A stretch of 64,000 nucleotides of DNA. It comes from Synechococcus sp. Lineage in GTDB: Bacteria; Cyanobacteriota; Cyanobacteriia; Thermostichales; PCC-7336. Under the pieces are notes generated by a model. That model saw only the letters and a program-made list of their open reading frames with translations, made no database searches and was not told the origin of the DNA. The DNA is taken from assembly GCA_051439605.1 (NCBI GenBank), contig JBFRWN010000032.1:118041-182040 (forward strand). Direction: 5' to 3'. Shown here in pieces: positions 9,439-20,429 of the stretch; within the stretch, counting starts at the first letter, position 1, and each line of letters opens with the position of its first letter. Both the position numbers and the translations under genes were made by a program.

Positions 9439-11049
9439 ATGGCATACGTAAATTCTCTGCTGGCGATCGCCGAGCCGGAACTATTGGAATCCAGTGCCCG
9501 TATAGCAGTGGAAAACGGGATTGAACGGTTTGTATTGGTGTTGACGGTGTCGCTGGCGGTGGCGACGATTTCAAGATTTAGTAGTTGGTTGCGTCAAGTA
9601 CCCTACACCTTGCTGTTAGTAGTTGTTGGCTTAGGGCTGGCTTTTTTAGATGTCCGCTTGATCGATCTGTCTCCTGAGTTAATTTTGCTCATTTTTTTGC
9701 CCCCGCTGCTGTTCGAGGCCGCCTGGAATTTGGAATGGAAACGACTTCAGCAGGATTGGGTGCCCATTGTCCTCTATGCCATTTTAGGAGTTGCGATCTC
9801 GGTGGTGGGGATCGGATACGGCCTCAATCGCTGGGGGGGGCTATCGCTGCCGATTGCTCTATTGATTGGGGCTAGCTTATCGGCCACCGACCCAGTATCG
9901 GTAATTGCGCTGTTTCGAGAATTAGGGGCTAGCAAGCGGTTGACGTTGCTGATGGAAGGAGAGAGTTTATTCAATGACGGTGTGGCAGTAGTGGCCTTTG
10001 GACTGTTGGTGGGGTTACCGATGGGGGCGATGCCTTCGACTCCTTCCCACACGATCGCCAATTTTTTAGTCGTCGTGGGAGTCGGAGTTGGGCTGGGTTG
10101 CTTGGTGGGATTTGGAGTGTCTTACCTCACCCAGCAATTTGACCTGCCGTTGGTGGAGCAATCCCTGACGCTGGCGGTAGCCTACGGCACCTATTTGTTG
10201 GTGGAGGAGTTTGGTGGCTCGGGGGTTATTGGGGTGGTGACCGCCGGGATTATTTTGGGGAACTTTGGCTCGCGAATTGGCATGAGCCCGCGTACCCGCC
10301 TCGTGGTTACGGAATTTTGGGAGTTTTTGGCGTTCTTCGTCAACTCCATCGTGTTTCTGCTAATTGGGGACCAAATTAGCTTTAGTGGCATTGCCGAGAA
10401 TGCGGTACCGATCGCGGTGGCGATCGCAGCAGCAACGGTAGCTCGTGCTATCAGCTCCTTCGGTCTGGGCAGCGTCAGTAACTGGATTGCCCATTCTAAG
10501 ATTCCTTTGGGCGATCGCACGGTGCTGTGGTGGGGGGGCTTGCGCGGATCGGTGTCGATTGCGCTGGTGCTCAGCGTACCTACATCATTGCCGGAACGGG
10601 ACAGCACGATTTCGATCGTGTTTGGGGTGGTGCTGTTCACTCTTTTAGTGCAAGGGCTAACCACCAAACCATTACTCGCCTCGCTGAACCTACTGGGTGA
10701 GGGGCCACTGCAAGCACAATATACCGAAGTGACTGCCAGACAGGTTGCATTGCGCCGAGTGCTAGAGCATCTAGAAGAATCTAAGAATCGCGAAGATATT
10801 GACCCCGAATATTTCCGCTACCAGCGTAAGCTCGTGGAAGGTCAGCTAAAGGCTCAAGAGGATGAGCTCGCGCAGCTGCAGCAGAACCATCCACAATTAA
10901 GATCCCTTGCCTCTCAACGATTCCAAACTGAATTACTCGATATCGAAGAAGAGACCTATGCAGAGCTAGTGCGGTCAGGACGCCTCAACGTAGAACTGTC
11001 GCCAATCTTGGAATTTGAAGAGGGTGAACCGTCAGCCCATCAAGGATAG
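9439..11049 (+). CDS. CPA1 Na+/H+ antiporter
   Basis: FLPPLLFEAA, SATDPVSV, EGESLFNDG, WGGLRG; many TM helices. Confidence 0.93.
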   Translation: MAYVNSLLAIAEPELLESSARIAVENGIERFVLVLTVSLAVATISRFSSWLRQVPYTLLLVVVGLGLAFLDVRLIDLSPELILLIFLPPLLFEAAWNLEWKRLQQDWVPIVLYAILGVAISVVGIGYGLNRWGGLSLPIALLIGASLSATDPVSVIALFRELGASKRLTLLMEGESLFNDGVAVVAFGLLVGLPMGAMPSTPSHTIANFLVVVGVGVGLGCLVGFGVSYLTQQFDLPLVEQSLTLAVAYGTYLLVEEFGGSGVIGVVTAGIILGNFGSRIGMSPRTRLVVTEFWEFLAFFVNSIVFLLIGDQISFSGIAENAVPIAVAIAAATVARAISSFGLGSVSNWIAHSKIPLGDRTVLWWGGLRGSVSIALVLSVPTSLPERDSTISIVFGVVLFTLLVQGLTTKPLLASLNLLGEGPLQAQYTEVTARQVALRRVLEHLEESKNREDIDPEYFRYQRKLVEGQLKAQEDELAQLQQNHPQLRSLASQRFQTELLDIEEETYAELVRSGRLNVELSPILEFEEGEPSAHQG

Positions 11050-11097
11050 AGGGCAAGGATGAGTCAGCGAATCGCCCATTCTGGATTGTCAGGCTTG

Positions 11098-12024
11098 CTA
11101 ATCCAGACCCCGTCCCGTTAACTTCATGAAGATATCTTCCAGGTTAGCGGGGCGCACCATCAGGCCGGTTTTATCCGTTTGGCCATCCATATATGCCGTA
11201 GCTTCTTCAATGTTGGCAAAGAAATGATGCTGGGTGGCTTCTACTTCAGATGAGGCAATTCCCCCTACTACCCTACGCTCAACCATCACTTCTCCATACT
11301 GCTGCAGCAACTCAGCTGGGGTCCCGGTGACGATCAGTCGCCCGCCATCCATAATGCCGATACGATCGCAAAGACTTTCCGCTTCCTCCATGTAGTGGGT
11401 GGTGAGCAGAATGGTCATGCCCTGAGCGTTGAGATTGCGGATGATATCCCACAGTAGGCGACGGGCTTGGGGATCCAACCCCACGGTGGGCTCATCCAGA
11501 AATAAAACCTGTGGGTTGTGCAGCAGGGCACGGGCAATTTGCAAGCGACGTTTCATCCCCCCTGATAGGGTTTTCACCAAATCGTCCCGGCGCTCGGAAA
11601 GTTCCACATAGCCCAACCAGCGATCGATCCGTTCCGCCCGCTCCGCCTTCGCAATGTGATGCAAGCGCCCGTGAAATTCGAGGTTCTCCCAGACCGTGCG
11701 ATCGCTATTCAGGCTGGTTTGCTGCACTACTACCCCAATGGTTTCTCGCACCTGCAGCTGTTGCTTAACCACATCCAATCCTAAAATTAGCGCTTCCCCC
11801 TGGCTCGGCTTAGTGAGGGTGGTCAGCATTCTGACGGTGGTAGATTTTCCAGCCCCATTGGGTCCCAGCAAGCCAAACATCTCTCCGGTTCGAATGGTCA
11901 AATTTAACTCTTGCACCACTGGGCGATTGCCGAATCGCTTCCATATATGCGTAAGGACGACAGCAGGGGGAACTCCGGCCTGTGAGGCGGGCACCGAGGG
12001 CAAATACGGCAAAGCGACTGACAC
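11098..12024 (-). CDS. ABC transporter ATP-binding protein
   Basis: GPNGAGKST, LSGGMKRR, FLDEPT; start uncertain (ORF open to 12141). Confidence 0.9.
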   Translation of the reverse strand: MSVALPYLPSVPASQAGVPPAVVLTHIWKRFGNRPVVQELNLTIRTGEMFGLLGPNGAGKSTTVRMLTTLTKPSQGEALILGLDVVKQQLQVRETIGVVVQQTSLNSDRTVWENLEFHGRLHHIAKAERAERIDRWLGYVELSERRDDLVKTLSGGMKRRLQIARALLHNPQVLFLDEPTVGLDPQARRLLWDIIRNLNAQGMTILLTTHYMEEAESLCDRIGIMDGGRLIVTGTPAELLQQYGEVMVERRVVGGIASSEVEATQHHFFANIEEATAYMDGQTDKTGLMVRPANLEDIFMKLTGRGLD

Positions 12025-12167
12025 GGGTATACTTGAACGCTTCTGCAGGCTCGACCTGGCGTAGCAAGCTCGGGGCCAAAGTCCACGTTCGACTAACTTA
12101 AACCAATTTGGGAGACGGTCGCACGTCCAACCACTGGCCACTGGGAACCCCAGGCAATCAGCGACCC

Positions 12168-12692
12168 CTAACCCTCTTCACTCTCTTCAAGTTCTTCGGT
12201 TCTCCCATCCAGCGATAGAGCTAGCTGAGTATCGCTGAAATCCTCCAGCTCGTAATATTGATGAAACTTATCGGTGACCTTTAGCACTGAAGATCGGCTG
12301 GCGGCTTGGCGGTGCTTGCTAATAAATCCTTTACGAACCAGCTCAACGACATGTTGGTAGGCTCCGCCGCCCCGTAATTCCACAAGCTCCGATTGCAGTA
12401 GCGGTCCGCGCAGGGCGATCGCCGCTAGAGTGCGGGTGGCGGCTAGACCAATCTCTGGAGGCAAAATCTCGGAGGCCATGCTGGAAAATGGCTCACGCAA
12501 CTGTAGGGCAAACCCGTTTTCTACCTCTAGCACCTCCAAGGCAGAGTCTCGATGGGCATAATCCTCCATCAACTCCAGCAAAGCATCGTAGGCATCTTCG
12601 CGATCGCATCCCGCCATGTCCGATATTTCCGTCAATGTCAACGGACGTCCTTTGAGGTAGAGAATTGCCTCAATCTGGTTTTTGATTGCCAT
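12168..12692 (-). CDS. scpB: SMC-Scp complex subunit ScpB
   Basis: IEAILY, TLAAIA, ELVELRG, VTDKFHQYY motifs. Confidence 0.9.
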   Translation of the reverse strand: MAIKNQIEAILYLKGRPLTLTEISDMAGCDREDAYDALLELMEDYAHRDSALEVLEVENGFALQLREPFSSMASEILPPEIGLAATRTLAAIALRGPLLQSELVELRGGGAYQHVVELVRKGFISKHRQAASRSSVLKVTDKFHQYYELEDFSDTQLALSLDGRTEELEESEEG

Positions 12693-13479
12693 TGCACTCG
12701 TCGGCCTCGATCCGGTCCCTGACTACCTTGCGACTTCAATGTTCAAGATGTTATTGCCCCGCACTCACCAACAGCATTTTGGCTGAGCCCGAAGTTCAAA
12801 CGTTTCAACAACTAGCGAGTCTCAACCATTAGTGAATCCAACGGTTGGGCAATCCTGAAAATCGCAAGTTCAATAATTTACCCTTTGCACTCCCTGATGA
12901 AATATCCTGATTAGCCGTAACAAACAACTTTACTGGCAATTCCAAGTCAAAACATAGCCACAAAGTAGCGAACAGGACAAACCCATTGACTAAAGTTTGA
13001 ACTTATCGGTCGTCGCTTACAAAGCATGAGGCCTCGAATAAAAAATAGAGCGCTTGAAAAACGGATCGATCTGCGATCCTCATTGAATTCATATCGCTAA
13101 ACAGATTTCAACCTTGCCCTCCATCCAGTTGCCTTGTGCAACACATGCGGAACTCTTGGCATCATCCACAATGCAGCAGCGCTAAGCTGCAATAGCATTT
13201 CAGACAATCAATCGAGGAAATACCGGGCAGAGGAAAATTACGACTGGTAAATAACCACTGATATATATAAGCTGCAAAATATTTAACCAGCGTCCCTTGC
13301 GTCATTTTGACGGGCACTTTTGCTGGCTCAACATCGACTACTGCCTCAAGAAGTTGATGATACTTCACAAGTTACCTGTGTTTTTTCAGTAGTTGTTTAA
13401 ATCCTGATGAAATTTTGTCCATTTCATAGCTGCTGGCTATATGGATATATCAAAGAACACCAGGAAACGGGGGCTTATT

Positions 13480-13495
13480 TGTATCGCTAGTTACA
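13480..13495. promoter_or_regulatory. Candidate NtcA box
   Basis: TGTA-TCGCTAGT-TACA matches tGTA-N8-TACa. Confidence 0.5.
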
Positions 13496-13707
13496 ATTAC
13501 AATTGCCCGTTATGTTGATTCACAACTTGCCAACGACGGTCACTAGCAAAAACCGGAGAACAACTGGAGGGTTAAAAGTGGAAAATTACGCTATGAGGCA
13601 CTGAGTTCTTCTTTCAAGAATTTTGACATTCATTGTTATGTTACGAATTCTTTGCAATTCCACCGACATTCATCATTTTACCGACCTATGGCTGTGAGGT
13701 CCGAGCC

Positions 13708-15903
13708 GTGCGGGTACCCCTGGATTACTATCAAATCCTGATGTTGAGCATCCATGCAGACAGCGAGGGTGTTGAGCGAGCCTACCACTCTCGCCAACTG
13801 CAGGAGCTGTGGCCTGGGTACTCAGCGGAGACGATTACGTCCAGGCAACGATTGATGGAGCAAGCCCATCACGTATTGAGCGATCCTTATGCTCGACACG
13901 AATACGACAGCCAACTCACCGTTGCTGACCCAGTACTGGAGGTTGCTCCTCAGGATTTGGCAGCAGCATTGGCTATTCAGTGTGAAAACGGCGAGTACCA
14001 AGAAGCCCTTGCGGGCGCCCAATTAGCCTTACGGCAAACCCACCCTGCCCCTGACTTACTGCTGACTCAGGCGATCGCCCGGCTGCATTTAGGGCGAGAG
14101 GAGTGGGCGAACGGCGATTACGAAGCTGCCGCTAGCATGCTGCAGCAGGCGCTGGCCGAACTTGTTAACCACCGCGTATTTTCAGAGGTACAGGCCGAGG
14201 TGATATCAGATCTAAGTAAACTGCGACCCTACCGCATTCTCAAGCTGTTGAGCCACCCCAACATTTCTGCCCCAGAGCGGCAGGAAGGGTTTTCGTTGTT
14301 ACGCAGCATGCTAGACGACAGAGCAGGTATCGAAGGGACGGGCCAAGATGGTTCGGAACTCAGTACTGAGGACTTTCTGCGATTTGTGCAAAAAGCCCGC
14401 AGTCAAATGACGATTAGCGAGCAGCAGGATTTTTTCGAGGCAGAAGCGAAGCGACCCTCTGTTGTGGCCACTTATCTGGCGGTTTATGCCCTTATTGCCC
14501 GTGGCTACGTCGAAAATCGCCCAGCATTAATCCGTCGGGCACGCGGATATTTGGTCCGATTGACACAACGTCACGACGTGAACCTCGAACAATCGATATG
14601 TGCTTTATTCCTGGGGCAACCGGAGGAGGCAACTCGACTCCTCGAATGTAGCCAAGATAGCGAGACCATCGCTAGCATCCGCAAAGAAGCGTCTATCACT
14701 GGTGGCGGTGAAACCGACCTGCTATTGGGGTTATGTCGCTACATCGAAACCTGGCTTCAACAGGAAGTCTTTCCCGAATATCGAGATCTAGATACCAGTA
14801 ACGCCTCCCTGCGTAACTACTTCGATAACCCTCAAGTTCAGCAGTACTTAGATGAAATGCCGGCCTCCAGTTCAGATACGGAATGGTTTGCCCGACAAAT
14901 TGAGCATGTTGCCCTGCCTAACGCTTTGGCGGTGCCAACAAGCGACCGCGTAGCAACTTCCCCCCATCCTGCGATCGGCCAGAAGCTATCATCGGCAGGA
15001 AGCCTTGGGGAAACCTCAGAGCTATCTTCTATTCCGCTCAGGTCTAGAGTCCCACAAAGCTCCCCCGCCACAAACAACTCCGATGTTCCGGCACCGCCCC
15101 CACTCCCCTATCGCGCCTATCCCCCCAGTAACCCATCTCTCGATAATGGCAATGGTGCGTCTAATCTGCCAGGCTCAAAAAATCCCTATCCCCCTGAGAA
15201 CCGCTCGCTGTCAAGCTCGTCAGCAGCATCAATGGCGCCCGATAGAAATCTTGCCCCCTCCAGCGGCTACGAATATGGTGATTTCCCCAATCCGGATCGC
15301 AGGCATTATGGTGACGATCGCCTATCCATATGGCTGTGGCGGTTGGGGGCACTGGTCGTTGTTATCCTTCTGTTGGTTTTCGGAATTCGTGCCCTTTCCG
15401 GTCTGTTCCGCAGAGAGCCAGAAGAGCCAGAGGCGCAGGAACAGGTTGAGCCAGAAACGCTTCCAGCCGATATTCCCGAAGCAGTGGTTCTGCCAGAACC
15501 GGCAATCGACATCAGCGTGTTGACCCCAGAGTTAGCAAAAACGACGATCGAATCTTGGCAGACCAGCAAGCAAAGTGCGTTGGGGGCCACAAGGGATATC
15601 GAGTCTCTCAACGGGATTCTCGTGGAACCGATGCTTTCTCAGTGGCGCGGAAGAGCCGAGGCACTGCGGCAAGCCAATGCCCATTACGAGTACACTCTGC
15701 GCGGTGTCGAAGTGGAGGATGTTACTCAAGAGGACGGTGCTGAAAAAGGGAGCGTCATAGTGAGCATCAGCGAAGGAGCCAAATACTTTGTAAATGGCGC
15801 TCTCCAAGGAGCACCAGCATCCTATGACAGTACCTATCGCGTGCGTTATAACCTGGTTCGAACTGGTGATAGCTGGGCAGTTGAGAGCTATACGGCGCTG
15901 TAA
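13708..15903 (+). CDS. ftn2: Cell division protein Ftn2/ZipN (ARC6 homolog)
   Basis: (M)RVPLDYYQIL J-like N-terminus, LRPYRIL, one TM helix, C-terminal IMS-type domain ending YRVRYNL; GTG start at 13708. Confidence 0.9.
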   Translation: MRVPLDYYQILMLSIHADSEGVERAYHSRQLQELWPGYSAETITSRQRLMEQAHHVLSDPYARHEYDSQLTVADPVLEVAPQDLAAALAIQCENGEYQEALAGAQLALRQTHPAPDLLLTQAIARLHLGREEWANGDYEAAASMLQQALAELVNHRVFSEVQAEVISDLSKLRPYRILKLLSHPNISAPERQEGFSLLRSMLDDRAGIEGTGQDGSELSTEDFLRFVQKARSQMTISEQQDFFEAEAKRPSVVATYLAVYALIARGYVENRPALIRRARGYLVRLTQRHDVNLEQSICALFLGQPEEATRLLECSQDSETIASIRKEASITGGGETDLLLGLCRYIETWLQQEVFPEYRDLDTSNASLRNYFDNPQVQQYLDEMPASSSDTEWFARQIEHVALPNALAVPTSDRVATSPHPAIGQKLSSAGSLGETSELSSIPLRSRVPQSSPATNNSDVPAPPPLPYRAYPPSNPSLDNGNGASNLPGSKNPYPPENRSLSSSSAASMAPDRNLAPSSGYEYGDFPNPDRRHYGDDRLSIWLWRLGALVVVILLLVFGIRALSGLFRREPEEPEAQEQVEPETLPADIPEAVVLPEPAIDISVLTPELAKTTIESWQTSKQSALGATRDIESLNGILVEPMLSQWRGRAEALRQANAHYEYTLRGVEVEDVTQEDGAEKGSVIVSISEGAKYFVNGALQGAPASYDSTYRVRYNLVRTGDSWAVESYTAL

Positions 15904-16189
15904 TTCTTAGCGACAGGGAAAGCTTTTTGCCATTAGATAAGTGCCCAAGCGTCGCCTCATCATTGATAGCTTTCTCCCCCTCAGTGAGGGCAGAAATATC
16001 AATGACTATTATAGGTTCTGGATAGCCGAGCTGTCTTTAGCGACTGGACGGACGCTGTTTGATAGAACCATTTAGCATAAGCTCGACAGTATGCTGTGTT
16101 CAGTGAGACTGGCCAGAAGCAGGCTGATAGTTCGGCATGAATGCTGATAGCGCGATCCTGTTTGTCCTGGGCTATTTTGTTGAGTCACT

Positions 16190-17203
16190 ATGGTCGACCT
16201 TCTCCGTAACGTCCCCCTGGGAACCTATCTGGAATCCCCCGAAACCTGGCTACATCGCCTGGATCCCCGGGTGAAATTTATTTGGCTGGTCACTATTTTG
16301 GTTTCTCCAATTTTGGCCAATGGCTGGTGGCGTCTGGCAGTGGTCGCCTTTACGGTGATTCTCACTTGGACTGCCCCACTCCCCTGGCGCGTTTGGCGAC
16401 GACAGCTGCTGCTGGTGGCGGCATTGGCATTATTTGCCACTACGCTCACAGCCTTTGCCCCCGATGCACTGGGTGTCCGTTCTGTCCCTATTCGACCAGA
16501 CAACCAATTACCAGCCTACGGTTTGCTATCGACGGAGGGCACCGATGGAGATCGCTCAAACGTAGTTGCTATCGACGAGGATGTCCTCGATCCTGCAGCA
16601 ACAAATGTAGCGGATGACCTGTCGATGTTTGACTGGGATAGCCTTACGTCACCCACAGGTTATCGCTACGAACTGCTCACAACCCCCTCTATTTTGGGGC
16701 GCAAATTTCAGGTGACGCGTCGTTCCTTATCAGTGGCAGTGCGCTTGGGTACGTTAATTTTTACTCTCCTCTACAGCACCACTTTGTTCCTGCTGACAAC
16801 AGCCCCAGAAGAAATTGCAGAGACGATCGCTTATTTCGCCAGCCCGTTACGCTGGGCCAAAGTGCCGGTGACTGAGGTGGTACTGGCGTTAACCCTGTCT
16901 CTTCGCTTTCTGCCCCTAGTGCTTGAGGAGGTGCAAAATATCATTCGAGCTGTCAATACGCGGGATATTCACTGGCAAGCCTTGGGATTTAAGGGGGCAG
17001 CCAAGCTGGGTCTGTCTCTGGTAGAACGAATTCTGCAGAATTTGATGCTGCGGGCGGAGCAGACGGCATCGGCAATGCAGGTGCGAGGGTATATCGGTCC
17101 AGAGCATGCTGTACCGTGGCATGTCTTAAAGATGTCCGGACTGGACTGGCTGGTGCTCGTAGGAGTGCCGCTTTTTTGGGCCTGTAGATTTGTGTTGTTT
17201 TAA
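16190..17203 (+). CDS. ECF transporter T component (Ycf92/CbiQ-like)
   Basis: WLHRLDPRVKF, LTLSLRFLPLVLEEVQN, AMQVRG. Confidence 0.88.
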   Translation: MVDLLRNVPLGTYLESPETWLHRLDPRVKFIWLVTILVSPILANGWWRLAVVAFTVILTWTAPLPWRVWRRQLLLVAALALFATTLTAFAPDALGVRSVPIRPDNQLPAYGLLSTEGTDGDRSNVVAIDEDVLDPAATNVADDLSMFDWDSLTSPTGYRYELLTTPSILGRKFQVTRRSLSVAVRLGTLIFTLLYSTTLFLLTTAPEEIAETIAYFASPLRWAKVPVTEVVLALTLSLRFLPLVLEEVQNIIRAVNTRDIHWQALGFKGAAKLGLSLVERILQNLMLRAEQTASAMQVRGYIGPEHAVPWHVLKMSGLDWLVLVGVPLFWACRFVLF

Positions 17204-17206
17204 AGC

Positions 17207-18250
17207 TTAGTCAGGAGGCTGGGTCGCTGAGATGTCTTCAGCGATTTGAGGGTTTCTATTGCCGTAGTAGCTACGGTACCACTTCACAAAGCGATCGATC
17301 CCCGCCTGAAGCGGCGTAGCGGGACGAAAGCCAACATCGGCCATCAGGTCATTGACATCAGCATAAGTTGCCAGAACATCTCCTGGCTGCACGGGCATCA
17401 TGTTCTTGTGGGCCGTTTTGCCCAGCGCCCGTTCGATCGCCGCGATGAAATCCCCCAGTTCAACCGGCTGATTGTTACCGATGTTGTAAATCTTGTAGCG
17501 CGCTCGAGTGGGCAATCCTCCTGCCAAGACTGGGGTTGGCGGGGGGAGCCGTTGCATCACCCGCACGATCCCTTCAACCACATCGTCGATGTAGGTGAAA
17601 TCCCGTTTCATCTTGCCGTAGTTGTAAACGTCGATCGCCTCCCCAGCTTCAATCGCCTTCACAAACTTGAAATAGGCCATATCGGGGCGGCCCCATGGAC
17701 CGTACACCGTGAAAAATCTCAGACCAGTAACGGGAATACCGTACAGGTGGCTGTAGCTATGGGCCATCAGTTCGTTCGCTTTCTTGCTCGCCGCATACAG
17801 AGATACGGGGCGATCGACCGAGTCGCTGGTGGAAAACGGAATCTTGGTATTCCCCCCATAGACAGAACTGGAGGAGGCAAAGACTAGATGACTGACTGTG
17901 CCCTGACGACACCCTTCCAAAATATTGGCGAACCCAACAAAATTACTATCCACGTAGGCCGCAGGATTTTCCAGGGAATATCGCACTCCAGCTTGGGCCG
18001 CCAAGTTCACGACCACATCAAACGAGTGGGCTTGAAACAGTGCCTCTACTCCAGGTCGATCGCTGAGATCCAACCGCTGAAATTGGAACGAAGAAAACCG
18101 GGTTAATTCATCCAGACGAGCTTGTTTGAGGGATAGGTCGTAGTAAGCGTTCAGGTTATCGATGCCTAGTACCTGATGACCGTCTGTCAGCAAGCGGTGG
18201 CTGAGGTGATACCCAATAAAACCAGCAGCACCTGTGATGAGTACCTTCAC
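17207..18250 (-). CDS. NAD-dependent epimerase (UDP-glucuronate 4-epimerase-like)
   Basis: GAAGFIG, LAAQAGVRYS, YAASK, RFFTVYGPWGRPDMA. Confidence 0.93.
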   Translation of the reverse strand: MKVLITGAAGFIGYHLSHRLLTDGHQVLGIDNLNAYYDLSLKQARLDELTRFSSFQFQRLDLSDRPGVEALFQAHSFDVVVNLAAQAGVRYSLENPAAYVDSNFVGFANILEGCRQGTVSHLVFASSSSVYGGNTKIPFSTSDSVDRPVSLYAASKKANELMAHSYSHLYGIPVTGLRFFTVYGPWGRPDMAYFKFVKAIEAGEAIDVYNYGKMKRDFTYIDDVVEGIVRVMQRLPPPTPVLAGGLPTRARYKIYNIGNNQPVELGDFIAAIERALGKTAHKNMMPVQPGDVLATYADVNDLMADVGFRPATPLQAGIDRFVKWYRSYYGNRNPQIAEDISATQPPD

Positions 18251-18440
18251 GTTCCTTTGCCTTCACCTTTGCCAATCAATGCAATCTTCCCTTGAGCCCC
18301 ACTGCCTAATTTAATGCTTAGCCAGCAGCCTTTGATTATAGAGGATAGGTGCATGCCACCTCCTCTCCATTTCTTAGTGGCAACGTCACTTCCACAACAC
18401 CCAAGGGCATCGCAAGTCGGCGAAGCATAGGACAAGCGGT

Positions 18441-20075
18441 TTAGGGCAAATCCTCTCCGACGCCATTCCCCGCTTTGCGGTCACGATCGGAATCGGGCTC
18501 CATCCAGGCATAAACAAAGTGGCTGATGCATTCCAAGCTAGGCAGACTATCTTCCAGCAGAGTCATTTGAGTTTCTAACGCCAGATGACCGGCGAAGGGT
18601 TGTCCCCAAGTGCCCGCCAGAATAGGGCAGACCTGCGATTGTGACGATTGCAGCACCACCTCCTCCACCTGTTGGGTTACGCATACGCCATCGGGACATG
18701 TGGCATACGACATGGGATGTCGCTGTAAATCTTGGGGAAATCGATCCCAAGGCTGCATGCGGGCATCGAATGCACCGTCTTGGGATAAATTGCCCTGGGG
18801 AAAAAAGACGGTTGCCACCGGCAGATTCCGCTCGCGCACAGGGGATGCCGCAAATTCGGCAAACTCAATCACCCCCCGGTAGGCATGATTGGTGGCTAGC
18901 TGCCAGAAGTATTGGCGGTATTGTTCCAACGTTTCTTCAGTGAAATCATCAGGACTGACCGAGGTCAAATGAGAGGTTTCTGGCTTGAGAGTTTCGGGAT
19001 GCCGGTTCGAGGTATGGACCCCCGAAGTCGTAATTTTTAGCTCGAAGGGGAGTGGGCTATTGGGATAGTCGTCAATGGTTTGCTGAATCTGTTCTCGGCT
19101 GAGTTCGCCACTGTCGAGGTAAGCATTCATCAGAGTGCGTTCGCGATCGTTGGCAAGACTCTCTAACAGCGCCTGGCGGGAGGCAGGACTGTAAACCCAC
19201 AACTGCTGGGGCTGCGTAATCAAAGTGTCCTGAAGATAGACCGTTGGATAGCGGATGTAATCGAACAACATGCCATCGGGATTGCGAGCTAGCAAAGCAT
19301 CTAGGGCAACCGCAAAATCTGCGCGAGCAACTTCGCTGAAGGGATCGACAAACAAGTGTTCTAATTCGGAGGGATCTTCGTAAAACGCCCGCCCATCCGC
19401 TACCTCTGAGGGGTCCCAAGTAGCGTTGGCAATGCTAGTGTCTCCCAGCCCGTTGCGCGCCAGTGTCATTTGGCGATTGGGCACTTCTCCATAGGCCCAG
19501 CCAAAGTTAAGAGCGAACATCCAGCCATGGACTTCTACCCCTCGCTCCTGCCCCCGACGAATTGTTTCCGCCCACAGGTCGAAATCGGCACTCACTTCCC
19601 CCGCTGCTACCGATTCATGCAGTATTGAGCGCCATACCGTAGGGTTATCCGAGACGGGCAACATCACCCGTCCTTCGTAAAAGACCTCCACAAACACTTG
19701 GTTATAGCCCCGGTTAACAATGCGATCGAGCACGTCTTCTAGTACCCCAGGCTGGGCATCGTAGGGGTACAGCCGCAACCACACGGCCTGTCTCTGAGGC
19801 CAGGTTCGGGATCGACAATCGTTTAACCGAGCTGCATGGGCATCGACCATTGCCCTATAAGCGATTTTTGCCGCAGGGTCATCTAAACTTGCTTGCCACA
19901 GGACTGACTTTTCGAGCCGTTCTGCCTCCGGAACAGCACAGGTGGGGACTCCCCAGCGGCGTTCAGGTAGCCCATCTGCAGTAGCTCCCGATAGGCCGCA
20001 GACAACCAAAATAGATAGGACAATCCCACCCACAACGTTCTGAGTCCGCAAAACCCTCATTCCTTTCCTCCCCAC
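18441..20075 (-). CDS. Glycosyl hydrolase-like 10 (DUF187-type) protein
   Basis: GYNQVFVEVFY and DGMLFDYIRYP; N-terminal hydrophobic segment. Confidence 0.75.
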   Translation of the reverse strand: MGRKGMRVLRTQNVVGGIVLSILVVCGLSGATADGLPERRWGVPTCAVPEAERLEKSVLWQASLDDPAAKIAYRAMVDAHAARLNDCRSRTWPQRQAVWLRLYPYDAQPGVLEDVLDRIVNRGYNQVFVEVFYEGRVMLPVSDNPTVWRSILHESVAAGEVSADFDLWAETIRRGQERGVEVHGWMFALNFGWAYGEVPNRQMTLARNGLGDTSIANATWDPSEVADGRAFYEDPSELEHLFVDPFSEVARADFAVALDALLARNPDGMLFDYIRYPTVYLQDTLITQPQQLWVYSPASRQALLESLANDRERTLMNAYLDSGELSREQIQQTIDDYPNSPLPFELKITTSGVHTSNRHPETLKPETSHLTSVSPDDFTEETLEQYRQYFWQLATNHAYRGVIEFAEFAASPVRERNLPVATVFFPQGNLSQDGAFDARMQPWDRFPQDLQRHPMSYATCPDGVCVTQQVEEVVLQSSQSQVCPILAGTWGQPFAGHLALETQMTLLEDSLPSLECISHFVYAWMEPDSDRDRKAGNGVGEDLP

Positions 20076-20348
20076 AGTGATTACATTAGGTTGTCGCCAT
20101 TAAAACCGCAGTCCCCGAGAGTGTCGCCCCTTTCACGGTTTCCCTGACGCAACGCGCACTTGCGACAGTTCACAACAGACCCATTTTTGGAGGTAGCCCA
20201 GCGGAGCGGAGCTCCCAATCGCCTAGTCACTGAGGGCTCCTCAGAAATAGTGGCCTCTGCCTGGATATAGAGCCTGCCGTTCCAACTGAGATAGGAACTG
20301 CAATATTTGTAACGGGATGCGCGAATGCAAGCCCTTCGCTCAACATCC

Positions 20349-20385
20349 AAAAAAGAAAGGAGCCGGATTGTAACGGCTCCTTTCT
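20349..20385 (-). terminator. Intrinsic terminator of the cyAbrB gene
   Basis: AGAAAGGAGCCG-N8-CGGCTCCTTTCT hairpin with a T-run on the minus strand. Confidence 0.8.
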
Positions 20386-20429
20386 AGAAACTCAGTGAAT
20401 TCTCACCAATCGAATCGACAGATTAGGCA

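Noticed and set aside
20090..20170. Cobalamin or c-di-GMP riboswitch-like GGGAAACCGTGAAA on the minus strand
   Set aside because: Only a short partial match; the remaining conserved boxes and stems were not found
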